Origin: Mobula hypostoma
Taxonomy: Eukaryota
Direction: 5' to 3'
DNA length: 64,000 nucleotides
Assembly: GCF_963921235.1 (NCBI RefSeq)
Contig: NC_086097.1
Location: 162,008,001-162,072,000, forward strand
Part shown: one piece after another, positions 25,576 through 38,800 of the stretch
Numbering within the stretch: the first letter of the stretch is position 1
Layout: every line of letters begins with the position of its first letter
Position numbers and translations under genes: made by a program
Notes under the pieces: generated by a model
The model's database searches: none
What the model was told of the DNA's origin: nothing
What the model saw: the letters and a program-made list of their open reading frames with translations, nothing else

Positions 25576-28094
25576 AGGATCCTCTTTTGAGTCAGTATGG
25601 GTGGAAGTCAGGAACAGGAAGGGAGCAGTTGCTCTATTGGAGGTATTCTATAGGCCCCCTGGGAGCAGCAGAGATACAGAGGAGCAGATTGGGAGGCAGA
25701 TTTTGGAAAGGTGCAAAAATAACAGGGTTGTTATTATGGGTGACTTTAACTTCCCCAATATTGATTGGCACCTGATTAGTTCCAAGGGTTTAGATAAGGC
25801 AGAGTTTGTTAAGTGTGTCCAGGATGGATTCCTGTCACAGTGTGTGGACAGGCTGACAGGGGGAATGCCATACTAGATCTAGTACTAGGTAATGAACTGG
25901 GTCAGGTCACAGATCTCTCAGTGGGTGAGCATCTGGGGGACAGTGACCACCGCTCCCTGGCCTAGCATTATCATGGAAAAGGATAGAATCAGAGAGGACA
26001 GGAAAATTTTTAATTGGGGAAGGGCAAATTATGAGGCTATAAGGCTACAACTTGCGGGTGTGAATTGGGATGGTATTTTTGCAGGGAAATGTACTATGGA
26101 CATGTGGTTGATGTTTAGAGATCTCTTGCAGGATGTTAGGGATAAATTTGTCCCGGTGAGGAAGATAAAGATGGTAGGGTGAAGGAACCATGGGTGACAA
26201 GTCAGGTGGAAAATCTAGTCAGGTTGGAAGAAGGCAGCGTACATGAGGTTTAGGAAGCAAGGATCAGATGGGTCTATTGAGGAATATAGGGAGCAAGAAA
26301 GGAGCTTAAGAAGGGGCTGAGAAGAGTAAGAAGGGGGCATGAGAAGGCCCTGGCGAGTAGGGTAAAGGAAAACCCCAAGGCATTCTTCAATTATGTGAAG
26401 AAAAAAAGGATGACAGGAGTGAAGGTAGGACTGATTAGAGATAAAGGTGGGAAGATGTGCCTGGAGGCTGTGGAAGTGAGCGAGGTCCTTGATGAATACT
26501 TCTCTTCGGTATTCACCAATGAGAGGGAACTTGATGATGGTGAGGACAATATGAGTGAGGTTGATGTTCTGGAGCCTGTAGATGTTAAGGGAGAGGAGGT
26601 GTTGGAGTTGCTAAAATACATTAGGACGGATAAGTCCCCAGGGCCTGACGGAATATTCCCCAGGCTGCTCCACGAGGCGAGGGAAGAGATTGCTGAGCCT
26701 CTGGCTAGGATCTTTATGTCCTTGTTGTCCACGGGAATGGTACCGGAGGATTGGAGGGAGGCGAATGTTGTTCCCTTGTTCAAAAAAGGTAGTAGGGATA
26801 GTCCGGGTAATTATAGACCAGTGAGCCTTACGTCTGTGGTGGGAAAGCTGTTGGAAAAGATTCTTAGAGATAGGATCTATGGGCATTTATAGAATCATAG
26901 TCTGATCAGGAACAGTCAGCAAGGCTTTGTGAAAGGCAGATCGTGTCTAACAAGCCTGATAGAGTTCTTTGCGGAGGTGACTTGGCATATAGATGAGGGT
27001 AATGCGGTGGATGTGATCTATATGGATTTTAGTAAGGCATTTGACAAGATTCCACAAGGTAGGCTTATTCAGAAAGTCAGAAGGCATGGGATCCAGGGAA
27101 ATTTGGCCAGGTGGATTCAGACTTGGCGTGCCTGCAGAAGGCAGAGGGTGGTGGTGGAGGGAGTACATTCAGATTGGAGGATTGTGACTAGTGGTGTCCC
27201 ACAAGGATCTGTTCTGGGACCTCTACTTTTCGTGATTTTTATTAACGACCTGGATATGGGGGTAGAAGGGTGGGTTGGCAAGTTTGCAGACGACACAAAG
27301 GTTGGTGGTGTAGTAGATAGTGTAGAGGATTGTCGAAGATTGCAGAGAGACATTGATAGGATGCAGAAGTGGGCTGAGAAGTGGCAGGTGGAGTTCAACC
27401 CAGAGAAGTGTGAAGTGGTACACTTTGGAAGGACAAACTCCAAGGCAGAGTACAAAGTAAATGGCAGGATACTTGGTATTGTGGAGGAGCAGAGGGATCT
27501 GGGAGTACATGTCCACAAATCCATGAAAGTTGCCTCACAGGTGGATAGGGTAGTTAAGAAAGCTTATGGGGTGATAGCTTTCATAAGTCGAGGGTTAGAG
27601 TATAAGAGTCGTGATGTAATGATGCAGCTCTATAAAACTCTGGTTAGGCCACACTTGAAGTACTGTAAACAACAGGAATTCTGCAGATGCTGGAAATTCA
27701 AGCAACACACATCAAAGTTGCTGGTGAACACAGCAGGCCAAGCAGCATCTGTAGGAAGAGGTGCAGTCGACGTTTCAGGCCGAGACCCTTGTCAGGACTA
27801 ACTGAAGGAAGAGTGAGTAAGGGATTTGAAAGTTGGAGGGGGAGGGGGAGATCCAAAATGATAGGAGAAGACAGGAGGGGGAGGGATAGAGCCAAGAGCT
27901 GGACAGGTGATAGGCAAAAGGGGATACGAGAGGATCATGGGACAGGAGGTCCGGGAAGAAAGACAGTGGGGGGCGGGGGGGACCCAGAGGATGGGCAAGA
28001 GGTATATTCAGAGGGACAGAGGGAGAAAAAGGAGAGTGAGAGAAAGTGTGCATAAAAATAAGTAACAGATGGAGTATGAGGGGGAGGTGGGGCC

Positions 28095-28917
28095 TTAGCG
28101 GAAGTTAGAGAAGTCGATGTTCATGCCATCAGGTTGGAGGCTACCCAGACGGAATATAGGGTGTTGTTCCTCCAACGTGAGTGTGGCTTCATCTTTACAG
28201 TAGAGGAGGCCGTGGATAGACATGTCAGAATGGGAATGGGATGTGGAATTAAAATGTGTGGCCACTGGGAGATCCTGCTTTCTCTGGCGGACAGAGCGTA
28301 GATGTTCAGCAAAGCGGTCTCCCAGTCTGCGTCGGGTCTCGCCAATATATAAAAGGCCACATCGGGAGCACCAGACGCAGTATATCACCCCAGTCGACTC
28401 ACAGGTGAAGTGTTGCCTCACCTGGAAGGACTGTTTGGGGCCCTGAATGGTGGTAAGGGAGGAAGTGTAAGGGCATGTGTAGCACTTGTTCCGCTTACAC
28501 GGATAAGTGCCAGGAGGGAGATCAGTGGGGAGGGATGGGGGGGACGAATGGACAAGGGAGTTGTGTAGGGAGCGATCCCTGCGGAATGCAGAGAGAGGTG
28601 GAGAGGGAAAGATGTGCTTAGTGGTGGGATCCCGTAAGAGGTGGCGGAAGTTACGGAGAATAATATGTTGGACCCGGAGGCTGATGGGGTGGTAGGTGAG
28701 GACCAGGGGAACCCTATTCCTAGTGGGGTGGTGGGAGGATGGAGTGAGAGCAGATGTACGTGAAATGGGGGAGATGCGTTTAAGAGCAGAGTTGATAGTG
28801 GAGGAAGGGAAGCCCCTTTCTTTAAAAAAGGAAGACATCTCCCTCGTCCTAGAATGAAAAGCCTCATCCTGAGAGCAGATGCGGCGGAGACGGAGGAATT
28901 GCGAGAAGGGGATGGCG
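28095..28917 (-). pseudogene. C-terminal part of Penelope-like ORF: Cys-rich linker + GIY-YIG endonuclease (5'-truncated)
   Basis: ORF 28095-28838: PCKRNKCYTC linker, GVIYCVWCSRCGLLYIGETRRRLGDRFAEH, HFN...H, GMN; no RT core retained. Confidence 0.9.
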
Positions 28918-29359
28918 TTTTAATTCCACATCCCAGTTCCATTCTGACATGTCTATCCACGGCCTCCTCTACTGTAAAGATGAAGCCACACTCAGGTTGG
29001 AGGAACAACACCTTATATTCCGTCTGGGTAGCCTCCAACCTGATGGCATGAACATCGACTTCTCTAACTTCCGCTAAGGCCCCACCTCCCCCTCATACCC
29101 CATCTGTTACTTATTTTTATGCACACATTCTTTCACTCACTCTCCTTTTTCTCCCTCTGTCCCTCTGAATATACCTCTTGCCCATCCTCTGGGTCCCCCC
29201 CCCTTTGTGTTTCTTCCCGGACCTCCTGTCCCATGATCCTCTTGTATCCCCTTTTGCCTATCACCTGTCCATCTCTTGGCTCTATCCCTCCCCCTCCTGT
29301 CTTCTCCTATCATTTTGGATCTCCAACTTTCAAATCCCTTACTCACTCTTCCTTCAGTT

Positions 29360-29395
29360 AGTCCTGACGAAGGGTCTCGGCCTGAAACGTCGACT
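29360..29395 (+). ncRNA. Minimal type-I hammerhead ribozyme (intact copy)
   Basis: AGTC-CTGACGA-AGGGTCTCGGCCT-GAAA-C-GTC-GACT: stem I AGTC/GACT, core CUGANGA, stem-loop II, GAAA, palindromic ACGU in place of stem III, predicted cleavage after GUC (C29391). Confidence 0.85.
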
Positions 29396-29830
29396 GCACC
29401 TCTTCCTACAGATGCTGCTTGGCCTGCTGCGTTCACCAGCAACTTTGATGTGTGTTACTTGAAGTACTGTGTCCAGTTCAGGTCGCCTCACTATAGGAAG
29501 GATGTGGAAGCATTGGAAAGGGTACAGAGAATATTAACCAGGATGCTGCCTGGTTTAGAGAGTATAGATTATGATCAGAAATTAAGGGAGCTAGGGCTTT
29601 ACTCTTTGGAGAGAAGGAGGATGAGAGGAGACATGATAGAGGTGTACAAGATATTAAGAGGAATAGATAGAGTGGACAGCCAGCGCCTCTTCCCCAGGGC
29701 ACCGCTGCTCAATACAAGAGGACATGGCTTTAAGGTAAGTGGTGGTAAATTCAAGGGGGATATTAGAGGAAGGTTTTTTACTCAGAGAGTGGTTGGTGCA
29801 TGGAATGCACTGCCTGAGTCATTGGTGACT

Positions 29831-31185
29831 TATCTAACTTGATGCTTTGCAAAAGCTCCAGCACATCCTCTTTCTTAATATCTACATGTTCAAGCTTTTT
29901 AGTCTGCTGTAAGTCATCCCTACAGTCGCCAAGATCCTTTCCTGTAGTGAATACTGAAGCAAAGTACTTATTAAGTACCTCTGCTGTCTCCTCTGGTTCC
30001 ATACACACTCTTCCACTGTCACACTTGATTGGTCCTATTCTTTCACATCCTATTCTCTTGTTCTTCACATATTTGTAGAATGCCTTAGGGTTTCCTTAAT
30101 CCTGTCCACCAAAGCCTTCTCATGGCCCCTTCTGGCTCTCCTAATTTCTTTCTGAAAGCTCCTTCCTGCTAGCCTCATAATCTTCTAGATTCCTATCATT
30201 ACCTAGTTCTTTGAACCTTTCATAAGCTTTTCTTCTTGACTAGATTTGTACACCACGGTTCCTGTACCCTACCATCCTTTCCCTGTCTCATTGGAACGTA
30301 CCTATGCAGAACTCCACACAAATATCCCCTGAGCATTTGCCACATTTCTTCCGTACATTTCCCTGAGAACATCTGTTCCCAATTTATGCTTCCAAGTTCC
30401 TGTCCAATGGCCTCATATTTCCCCTTACTCCAATTAAATGCTTTCCTAACTTGTCTGTTCCTATCCCTCTCTAATGCTGTGGTAAAGGAAATAGAATTGT
30501 GATCATTTTCTCCAAAATGCTCTCCCATTGAGAGATCTGACACCTAACCCGGTTCATTTCCCAAATCCAGATCAAGTACAGCCTCTCCTCTTGTAGGCTT
30601 ATCTACATAGTGTCAAGAAACCTTCCTGAACACACCTAACAAACTCCACCCCATCTAAACCCCTTGCTGTAGGGACATGCCAATCCATATTCGGGAAATT
30701 AAAATCTCCCACCACGAAACCCTGTTATTATTACACCTTTCCTGAATCTGTCTCCCTATCTGCTCCTCGATGTCCCTGTTACTATTAGGTGATCTATAAA
30801 AAACACCGATTGAAGTTATCGACCCCTTCCTGTTCCTAACTTCCGCCCACAGAGACTCAGTAGACAATCCCTCCATGTCTTCCTCCTTTTCTGCAGCCGT
30901 GACACTACCTCTGATCAACAGTGTCAAGCCATCGCCTCTTTTGCCTCCCTTCCTGTCCTGGCTGAGACATCTGAAGCCTGGAACTCAAAGTAACCATTCC
31001 TACCCCTAAGCCATCCAAGTCTCTATAATGGCCACGACATCATAGCTCTAATTATTGATCCACGCTCTAAGCTAATCGGCTTTGATCATAATACTCCTGC
31101 ATTAAAATAGACACATTTCAAACCATCGGTCTGAGCGCATCCCTTCTCTATCACCTGCCTATCCTCCCTCTCACACTGTCTCGCA
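29831..31185 (-). mobile_element. CR1 LINE endonuclease/linker portion
   Basis: ORFs EVRNRKG...FYRSPN, GEHFGENDHNSI and LNKYFASVFT...KLDKSP on the minus strand. Confidence 0.88.
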
Positions 31186-31620
31186 TTAACTCTGTATCGA
31201 CAGCAGGAAATCATATTGTAAAAAACTCCTGGAGTATAACTGGAGTGTATATTCCAAGTCTGCTTAACTGTCTTCGTGCAACGAACCCACCATCCCAGAA
31301 ATCAATCAGGTGGACCTTTGCGGCATTCATTTTATGTACATCCTTCTTTGGGCTGGGAAATTAAAATAAGCATACTCCTTCTGACTTGGTCTTATCAGTT
31401 TTCATTTATTCCGTACAGTCCAAGCTGGAAATCACAGTCTTGGCAATGTTTCTCAGTGACCTCTGTGGCTTTTCTAGTGCTTTCACATCCTTCTGTTATG
31501 TGATAACCCTTTACTTTGCTCTTCACTTTTTTTATCAGATCTTTGTCCATCTTTCATAAAGAAAATTTGACTGTGTCAGTGCTTCTGCTGCTTCAAAACA
31601 TCCACCATTGTTCCTGTAGC

Positions 31621-32445
31621 TGTATAACAACTGACGTCCTGTCACACTCACCTCAATAATAAGCAAATGCTTTGAGAGGCTGGTCAAGGACTACATCTGC
31701 AGCATGCTACCACCCACATTGGACCCCCTACAACAGGGGTCCCCAACCTTCTCTGCACCGCGGACCGGTTTAATATTGTCAATATTCTTGTGGACTGGCC
31801 GACAGAGGGGGTGGTGGGGGTGCAGGTGGTGTTAGTCAACAGTGGGCATGACAGGGAATGAGCAAAGGTGCAGCTGACTCATATCATTTCATATCGCCAA
31901 ATCATATCATTTCCCCGTGGCCTGGTAGCACATGCTTTGTGACCCGGTGGTTGGGGACCACTGTCCTACAATTTGCCTACCGACACAATCGAGTGAAGGA
32001 TAATGCAATAACCACAGCTCTACACACTGTCCTTACACACCTGGAGAAGAAGAATTCTTATGTGTGAATGCTGTTCTTTGACTACTGTTCAGCGTTCAAC
32101 ACCATAATTCCATCCAGGCTTAACAAGAAGCTCAGAAACCTCAGCCTTCACCCTGTCTTGTGCAGCTGGATCCTGGACTTCCTGTTAGATCGCCGAGAGA
32201 ATGGGCTCCCTCACCTCTGCCCCTCTGACCCTCAACACAGGAACTCCTCAAAGCTGTGTCCTAAGCTCCTTCCTTTCCTCTCTGTACACCCCTGACTGCA
32301 TTGCCATCCACAGCTCCAATCTGCTAATTAAAGTTGCTGACGATACTATATTGATTGGCCTTATCTCAAATAATAATGAGGCACCCTACAGAGAAGTCAT
32401 TACCCTGACACCGTGGTGTCAAGTAAACAACCTCTCCTTCAATGT
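31621..32445 (+). mobile_element. Rex1/Babar LINE RT fragment, split by a MITE
   Basis: LDPLQFAYR, FDYCSAFNTIIP, TGTPQSCVLS and KVADDT motifs. Confidence 0.8.
31734..31963. mobile_element. 230-bp hAT (Charlie-like) MITE
   Basis: TIRs CAGGGGTCCCCAACC / GGTTGGGGACCACTG; 8-bp TSD CCCTACAA / TCCTACAA. Confidence 0.85.
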
Positions 32446-32489
32446 TGCTTTGGCTCTCATTTTTTTGCTTTCAATTGCTTTTTCTCTTT

Positions 32490-33534
32490 AGAACCACAGA
32501 ACATCACAACACAGAAACAGGCCTTTTGGCCTTTCTTGGCTGTGCCAAACCATTTTACTGCCTAGTCCATACACCTCTTATCCATGTACCTGTCCAAGCT
32601 TTTCTTAAATGTTAAAAGTAAGCCTGCATTTACCACTTCATTTGGCAGCTCATTCCACACTCCCACTATCCTCTCCATGAAGAAGTCGCCCCCCCAATGT
32701 TCCCTTTAAACTTTCCCCCCTTCACCCCAACCCATGTCCTCTGGTTTTTCTTCTCCCCTAGCCTCAGTGGAAAAAGCCTGCTTGCATTCACTCTATCTAT
32801 ATCCATCGTAATTTTATATACCTCTGTCAAATCTCCCCTCATTCTTCTATGTTCCAGGGAATAAAGTCCTAACCTATTCATCCTTTCTCTGTAACTCAGT
32901 TTCTCATGTCCCGGCAACATCCTTGTAAACCTTCTCTGCACTCTTTCAACCTTATTAATATCCTTCCTGTAATTTGGTGACCAAAACTGTACACAATACT
33001 CCAAATTCAGCCTCACCAATGCCTTATACAACCTCACCATAACATTCCAACACTTATACTCAATACTTTGCATCTGTATTCCCAGAGCCCTCTGTTCTAC
33101 TGCACTCCTCAGTGCCCTACCATTTAACTTCTCTGTTCTACCTTGGTTTGTTCTTCCAAAGTGCAATAGCTCATACTTATCTGTATTAAACTCCATCTGC
33201 CATTTTTCAGTCCATTTTTCCAGCTGGTCCAAATCCCTCTGCAAGCTTTGAAAACCTTCCTCATTGTCTGCTACACCTCCAATCTTTGTATCATCAGCAA
33301 ATTTGCTGATTCAATTTGCCACATTATCATCCAGATCATTGATATAGATCATGAATAACAATGGACCCAGCACTGATCCCTGTGGCACACCACTAGTCAC
33401 AGGCCTCCACTCAGAGAAGCAATCCTCCGCTACCACTCTCTGGCTTCTCCCATTGAGCCAATGTCTAATCCAATTTACTACCTCTCCATGTATACCGAGC
33501 GAATGAATTTTCCTAACTAACCTCCCATGCGGGA
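32490..33534 (-). mobile_element. CR1 LINE RT 3' portion
   Basis: ORFs 33311-33598 ([11 protein letters not shown]) and 32666-33244 (LEYCVQFWSP...ERVQRRFTRM); TAGAAC-type tail at ~32490. Confidence 0.88.
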
Positions 33535-34280
33535 GTTTAAATAGTTTGACATGACCTCCCATGTCAACCATTTCTACATGATTTGACACTGAATTCAAGT
33601 ATAGCTTTTATCTTGCGATTCTTCAATCTGATTTTTTAATGAAAAGAAACTTTTTTGCCTATTAATTATTCTGGATGTCCAGTTTTCTTTGCTGATATTT
33701 TTATTCAGCTTATATTTACTTCATTAGATACCACTGATGCCAGCTATCTTGATATAGTGTATACTCCTGCAGAAAGTAAGATTTTCTCTCACTGCTGTAC
33801 CCATTTCACTTATTGCTGTAAAGCAAACGTGTAAGCCCGACTGTGTTACCATGAAAATATTTAAATGCTTGTCTTCCCCTGTTTTTTGCTTGCTTTAGAA
33901 ATTTAAATTCTATAAGCAAATGGCTTTCAGAAAACAGAATACAGTGTATTGGCCTGAGTTAATATGGTTGGGTGTTTGTCGTAAATGTATGTATTATGTT
34001 TTAAAACCAGACTTAAGAGCACAACCAACAACTCCATGTTCAGTTACAACAACTATATTGAATTCCTGTGTATACAGTGATGGAAATCATGTGTTTGCCA
34101 TGGTACACCCTTCTGACTTTAAAGTGGTAGCTCCCATTTATAGCAAGTTCCCTCCCCCTGAAAGGGAATGGTCGAATCCTGTGCAATTATTGTAAATAAC
34201 CCCTAGGTATGCGGAATGAACTCATTGCAGAGATTGCTGAAAATGCATAATATTGATCATTTTACACATTCATTTTTCAG

Positions 34281-34333
34281 GTTGTCAAATAGTGAAAAGC
34301 AGGGATTGAGGACTCGAGCTGTCTCAGTCTCAG
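34281..34333 (+). CDS. PTK2: Focal adhesion kinase 53-nt exon, LSNSEKQGLRTRAVSVS
   Basis: catttttcag acceptor, CAG|gtaaga donor; phase 2 to phase 1; matches FAK LANSEKQGMRTHAVSVS. Confidence 0.95.
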
Positions 34334-35841
34334 GTAAGATGAAGGTTTGAAACTTGTCACTTTTAGTGGGATGTAGAAGCTCATGCAGAGAGTGAAATTA
34401 TACATTTCCTTTATGTTTTCAAGTTGTTAAAGGTGTATCTTTGCATTTTCTACTTGCGAATTTGTGGACAAGGGGAAAATAAATTCCAAAGCTTAATCGT
34501 TTTTGCTGCTTTAAATTAAACAGATTTGTTTTTATGCTTCGTTGAAGCATGTGGCTGAGTATTTTGCACATCAATGTACATTTGAAACGAAATATAACTT
34601 GACTCATAAACAATTCCATATTATGCTAATTATTTCACACCTAAAAGGCCCATTGTTATTGTCTTTTACAAGGAGGGAGTTGTCAATGCATCACCAATAA
34701 TGTGTTGTGCCTGAAAAGTTGGTGTAATGTCAGCTCCTGTGTGATAATTACAAATTTCTTGATGTTATTATATTTAACAACTGCAAATCTTGGGTACAGA
34801 TTGGAGTTAGAATTTTAAAATTAGGCCCTTTGTCTTCCAGGTGGTAAAATAATGAGTTGAACCTGATGACATTAAGAGGTTCTTGCTGCATAATACTGAA
34901 ATTTATATTTGAAGATATCTTTGCTGGTTAATACAGTACTCATTTCACCAGCTGTTTTACCCCAACAGAGGAACTTATTCTCATCTAATCTTTTGAAATT
35001 GTTGCAACATTAAATTCTGCTCCATAAAGTTGTGGCTTAACAGAATTACGAAATGAGTACCTATGTTATTTATGATGTAGCAGAAAGCATTGATTACAAT
35101 TAAACGTTTGGTTGCTAAGTTGGCACAAAAGCTAGACTCAGTAAGCCACAGGCCTTTTTAACTCTGTTAAGTTGAAATCAACATAAAAAATGTATTCTTT
35201 CTGAATGTCACAGGGGCTCCATCCTATTTTCAGGTCGATCACAGATGAATGTTAAATGCCAGTCGACTGAGAACAAATAGAAGCTCATTGAAATTTCAGT
35301 CAAAGCATAGAGTGAGCTGTGTGTTGTGACCTCAGTGTTAAAATGACGATGAGGCCTAATATTGGATGTGAAAGAACTTCTTGTGTAAGAATTATTTTCA
35401 GTTTTCTGTTATAGGATGTCCAAGGAGTTGATAGTGGACTGCATTGACTCTTGCGCCCTTAAGCCCTTATGAAGTTTGGAAAAAAATATAATATCTAAGT
35501 GGTAGTACCTTTTAATCAGATTAAGGTTGTACCTCTTACAAAATGTGGGCAAAACTGAGAGCATTAATTGCACCAAACATCATTCTAAATTTTGTTTTCC
35601 CTTGGTGGAATAGAGAAGAATAAAAGGAAAGATTTCATTTGTTTAGCACTTTTCATGATCCAAAGGCATTCCAAGTAACTTGACTATTATTAAAGTGTCG
35701 TCTCCATTTCATTGAAGGAGGTGCAACAGCACCCTGTTTGTGCGCACCATGATCTACAGTAAGGCATATATTATCATTTATGTTTAAAATTATAGTTTTT
35801 GAAGTTAAATATGGGCCAAAATTATAGAAATAACCTATATA

Positions 35842-38800
35842 CAGTTGCTGGAAAAAGTTTGTGAACCCTTTATAATTATCTGGTTTTCTGTATAATTACT
35901 CATAAAATGTAGTCTGATCTTCATCTGTCACAATTACTGACAAACAGAATCTTCCTAAGCTAATAACACATAAGCAATTGTGCTACTTCTCATCAAAACT
36001 GAACACACCATCACAGTTTGGGTACAGAAAGAAGTATATGAACTGCTAGGGTAATGCCTTCTGCAAAAGCTATTTGGAGTAAGGTGTTCCTATCAGTGGG
36101 ATGAGATTGGAGGTGTGAGTTATCTTGATGCTCTGTCCTATAAAAAAGACACACAAAGTCAGGTTACTGACGGAGCCTGTTCTTCTCAAGAAAGATCCGT
36201 TTATGTGCACTATGTCTTGATCAAAACAACTTTCAGAGGACCTTGGAAGAAAAATGATTGAAATGCATGAAGCTGGAAAAGGCTACAAAAGCTTTTTTTT
36301 TTGTAATTTATTTTTTATTGAGTTTCATCTTAAAACAAACATTTCCATAGGATGTATTTCAGATACTGTACATATATATCATATAATCATATTTGTCACA
36401 AATCTCCACATAATATTTATCTGAAGTATGCTCTTATAGAAGGAAGCGGAAAGAAAGAACAATCGAAAGAAGAAAACTATGTACAGAGTAGGGAGTGGGT
36501 TTTTTTAACAACGTATTTATTGATTGTGAGAATAAAATCAGGCTTATGAGATGTGATGTAGTTAAACCATTTTTTCCAGTATGAATAAAATTGTTCCAAC
36601 TTATGATTAACAGATGTTGTTATCTTTTCCATTTTGTAAATGTTCCTTGTAATTTCCATCCATACATTTAAACATTAAGTATTTATATTTATCTCTTTTC
36701 AACCATTCTTGAGGTACATACCCAAAATATATGGTCTTACTCTCTAAGTGTATTTATCTGTTAGTATATCATTGAAATTTGCAGAATATAACTTAATCGA
36801 TCTACTCCCTGAACAAATAAGAACCAAGAAAAGTGAATAATAAAAAGAAGGGTAAGGAATGTGCGGTTCCAAGGCTGGGGTCTCTAGATGACCCTGGGTT
36901 GGGCTAGAAGAAAAGTCTAGCCGTGGGGGATAGCCTCTCCTACCTGTGGGTTGAGGGCTCCCGCTGCAGTACCTATAAAAGTAAGTTAAAAAAAACTTTG
37001 TCCATTACACAGAAATGATTTCCCTGTGTATTCCTCCCATGTGTATATTCTCATTTAGGTGGGAAAAAAGGAATGAATAAATGATTTTTTTTTAAAAAAT
37101 TGAGTGATATAAAATCCACATTATAACACGTATTTCTCGAGTTAGGTATATCACCGTCAATTTTTGCTTCTGTTTAGTTTATCAGCACTTTTAAAGTTAG
37201 CCAAACCTTATGGCTCTTCTGGAGGACGTGAGGGCTGCCCTCGGAGAACTGACAGTCTCTTCCTAAAAATCCTTCTCTCGTCCTGTTCCCGTCCCCGTTT
37301 TCTGGGTTCTCTTACTATTTCCCAAGCAGTTCGGGATAACTGCTCAACCAGAGTTTCCCTTGGTTTGACCACACTAATGGGCAGTCCTCTATTCTTCATG
37401 TCTGTAGTCGCCTCTTCCTCCGTCTGACATAGTCATATCCCTTCTTGGTAAAATACCCTCAGTTTAGCAGGGTACGGGGTTTGGAATTTAATCTTTTCTT
37501 GCTTTAATATTCGTTTCGCTTCGAAATATTCCTTCTGTTTCTGTAGGACCGCCAGGGGGTAATCATGATCGAAGTATATTAACTTCCCTTTCCAAAACAC
37601 CCTCTTCTTACCCCAGGCCCTTCGTAGAATCTCCGCCTTGCTCTTGAATCAGAGGAATCGAAGTACAATGGAGCATGGTTTACCTTCTCTGTCTCCGGGA
37701 GGCCGCTGGACAAGCGAACGGTGCGCCCTTTCAATTTCAATCTCCGTAGTCTGAGGAATCTCCAGTGCTTCCCGCAGCAGCTTGTCTACAAAGTCCATCA
37801 TCGACAATCCCTCCGCTCCTTCGGGAACGTTATAAATTCTGATATTTTTCCATTGCGATCTTCCCTCCTGGTCAAGCAATTTACTTTCCTGTTGATTTAA
37901 TATTTTTATTGTCTTACTTAGTATCTGTTCCACGTTTTGCACGCGATCTTCCATCTTCTCAATTCAAGTCTCTGCCACCGCTGTTTTCTCATTGACGTTG
38001 GCGAGCTCTGACTTTATATCATTGAGTTGCTGCTTTATGTCTTTTTGAATTTCCCTTATCTCTTCCAGAATCTTTATCATATTTGCCGCTTCGCCTGCAC
38101 GAGGTCCCGCATCAGCTTCGCCTCCATGCGCATGTGTAGGAGAGCCGTGCACTGTACCTCTCTCTTCCATAGGCTCCGCAGCGGTGCTTTTTTTAATCTC
38201 TATTCTTTCTCCCCATTCTTGCCCCCCCTTATCAATTCAGATATTTTCGAAAGATCTTATATTTGATGAATTAATGGGGCAAAATATGTGTTTTTCCGGA
38301 GGAGCTGTTGATTTAAGCTGCCATTCTGAACGATGACGTCACTGGAACCTACAAAAGCATTTCTAAAGACCTGAGTGTTTATTAGTTCACAGTAAGAGAA
38401 CTTGTCTACAAATGGAGGAAATTCAGTACTGTTGCTACTCTTCCTTGGAGTAGGCATCTTGCAAAGATCACACAAAGAGCACAATGTACAGTGCTGAAGG
38501 AGGTTGAAAAAGGACCCAAGAGTAATAGCAAAAATCATGCAGAAATCTCTAGAACTTGCTAAAGTTTCTGTTCATGTGTCTGCAATAAAAACCAAACACT
38601 GAACAAGAATGGTATTCACAGAGGGACACCATGGAGAAAACCAATAAAATTGCTCTATGTCTCAAGTTTGCAAAAGACCACCTGGATTTCTACAACACTT
38701 CTGGGACAGTGTTCTGAGACAAAGATGGAACTTTTAGGCAGAAATGCACACTGTTAAGTTTGGAGGAAAAAAGGCAGTGCACACCAACACCAAAAACTCA

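Larger units (their letters stand above)
27667..29456. mobile_element. Penelope-like (Neptune-type) retroelement insertion with inverted terminal arms
   Basis: 14-bp TSD ACTTGAAGTACTGT (27653-27666 / 29457-29470). Minus-strand arm 27667-~28917 carries the GIY-YIG ORF; plus-strand arm ~28918-29456 is its inverted 3' copy. Confidence 0.93.
24905..29830 (+). mobile_element. CR1 LINE, nearly complete ORF2 (APE endonuclease + RT), interrupted by two Penelope-like insertions
   Basis: [67 protein letters not shown] and YCVQFRSPHYRKD in successive ORFs. Confidence 0.93.

Noticed and set aside
26395..27801. Long RT ORFs as a functional or domesticated gene
   Set aside because: CR1 ORF2 broken by a stop (~26890), frameshifts and two Penelope-like insertions.
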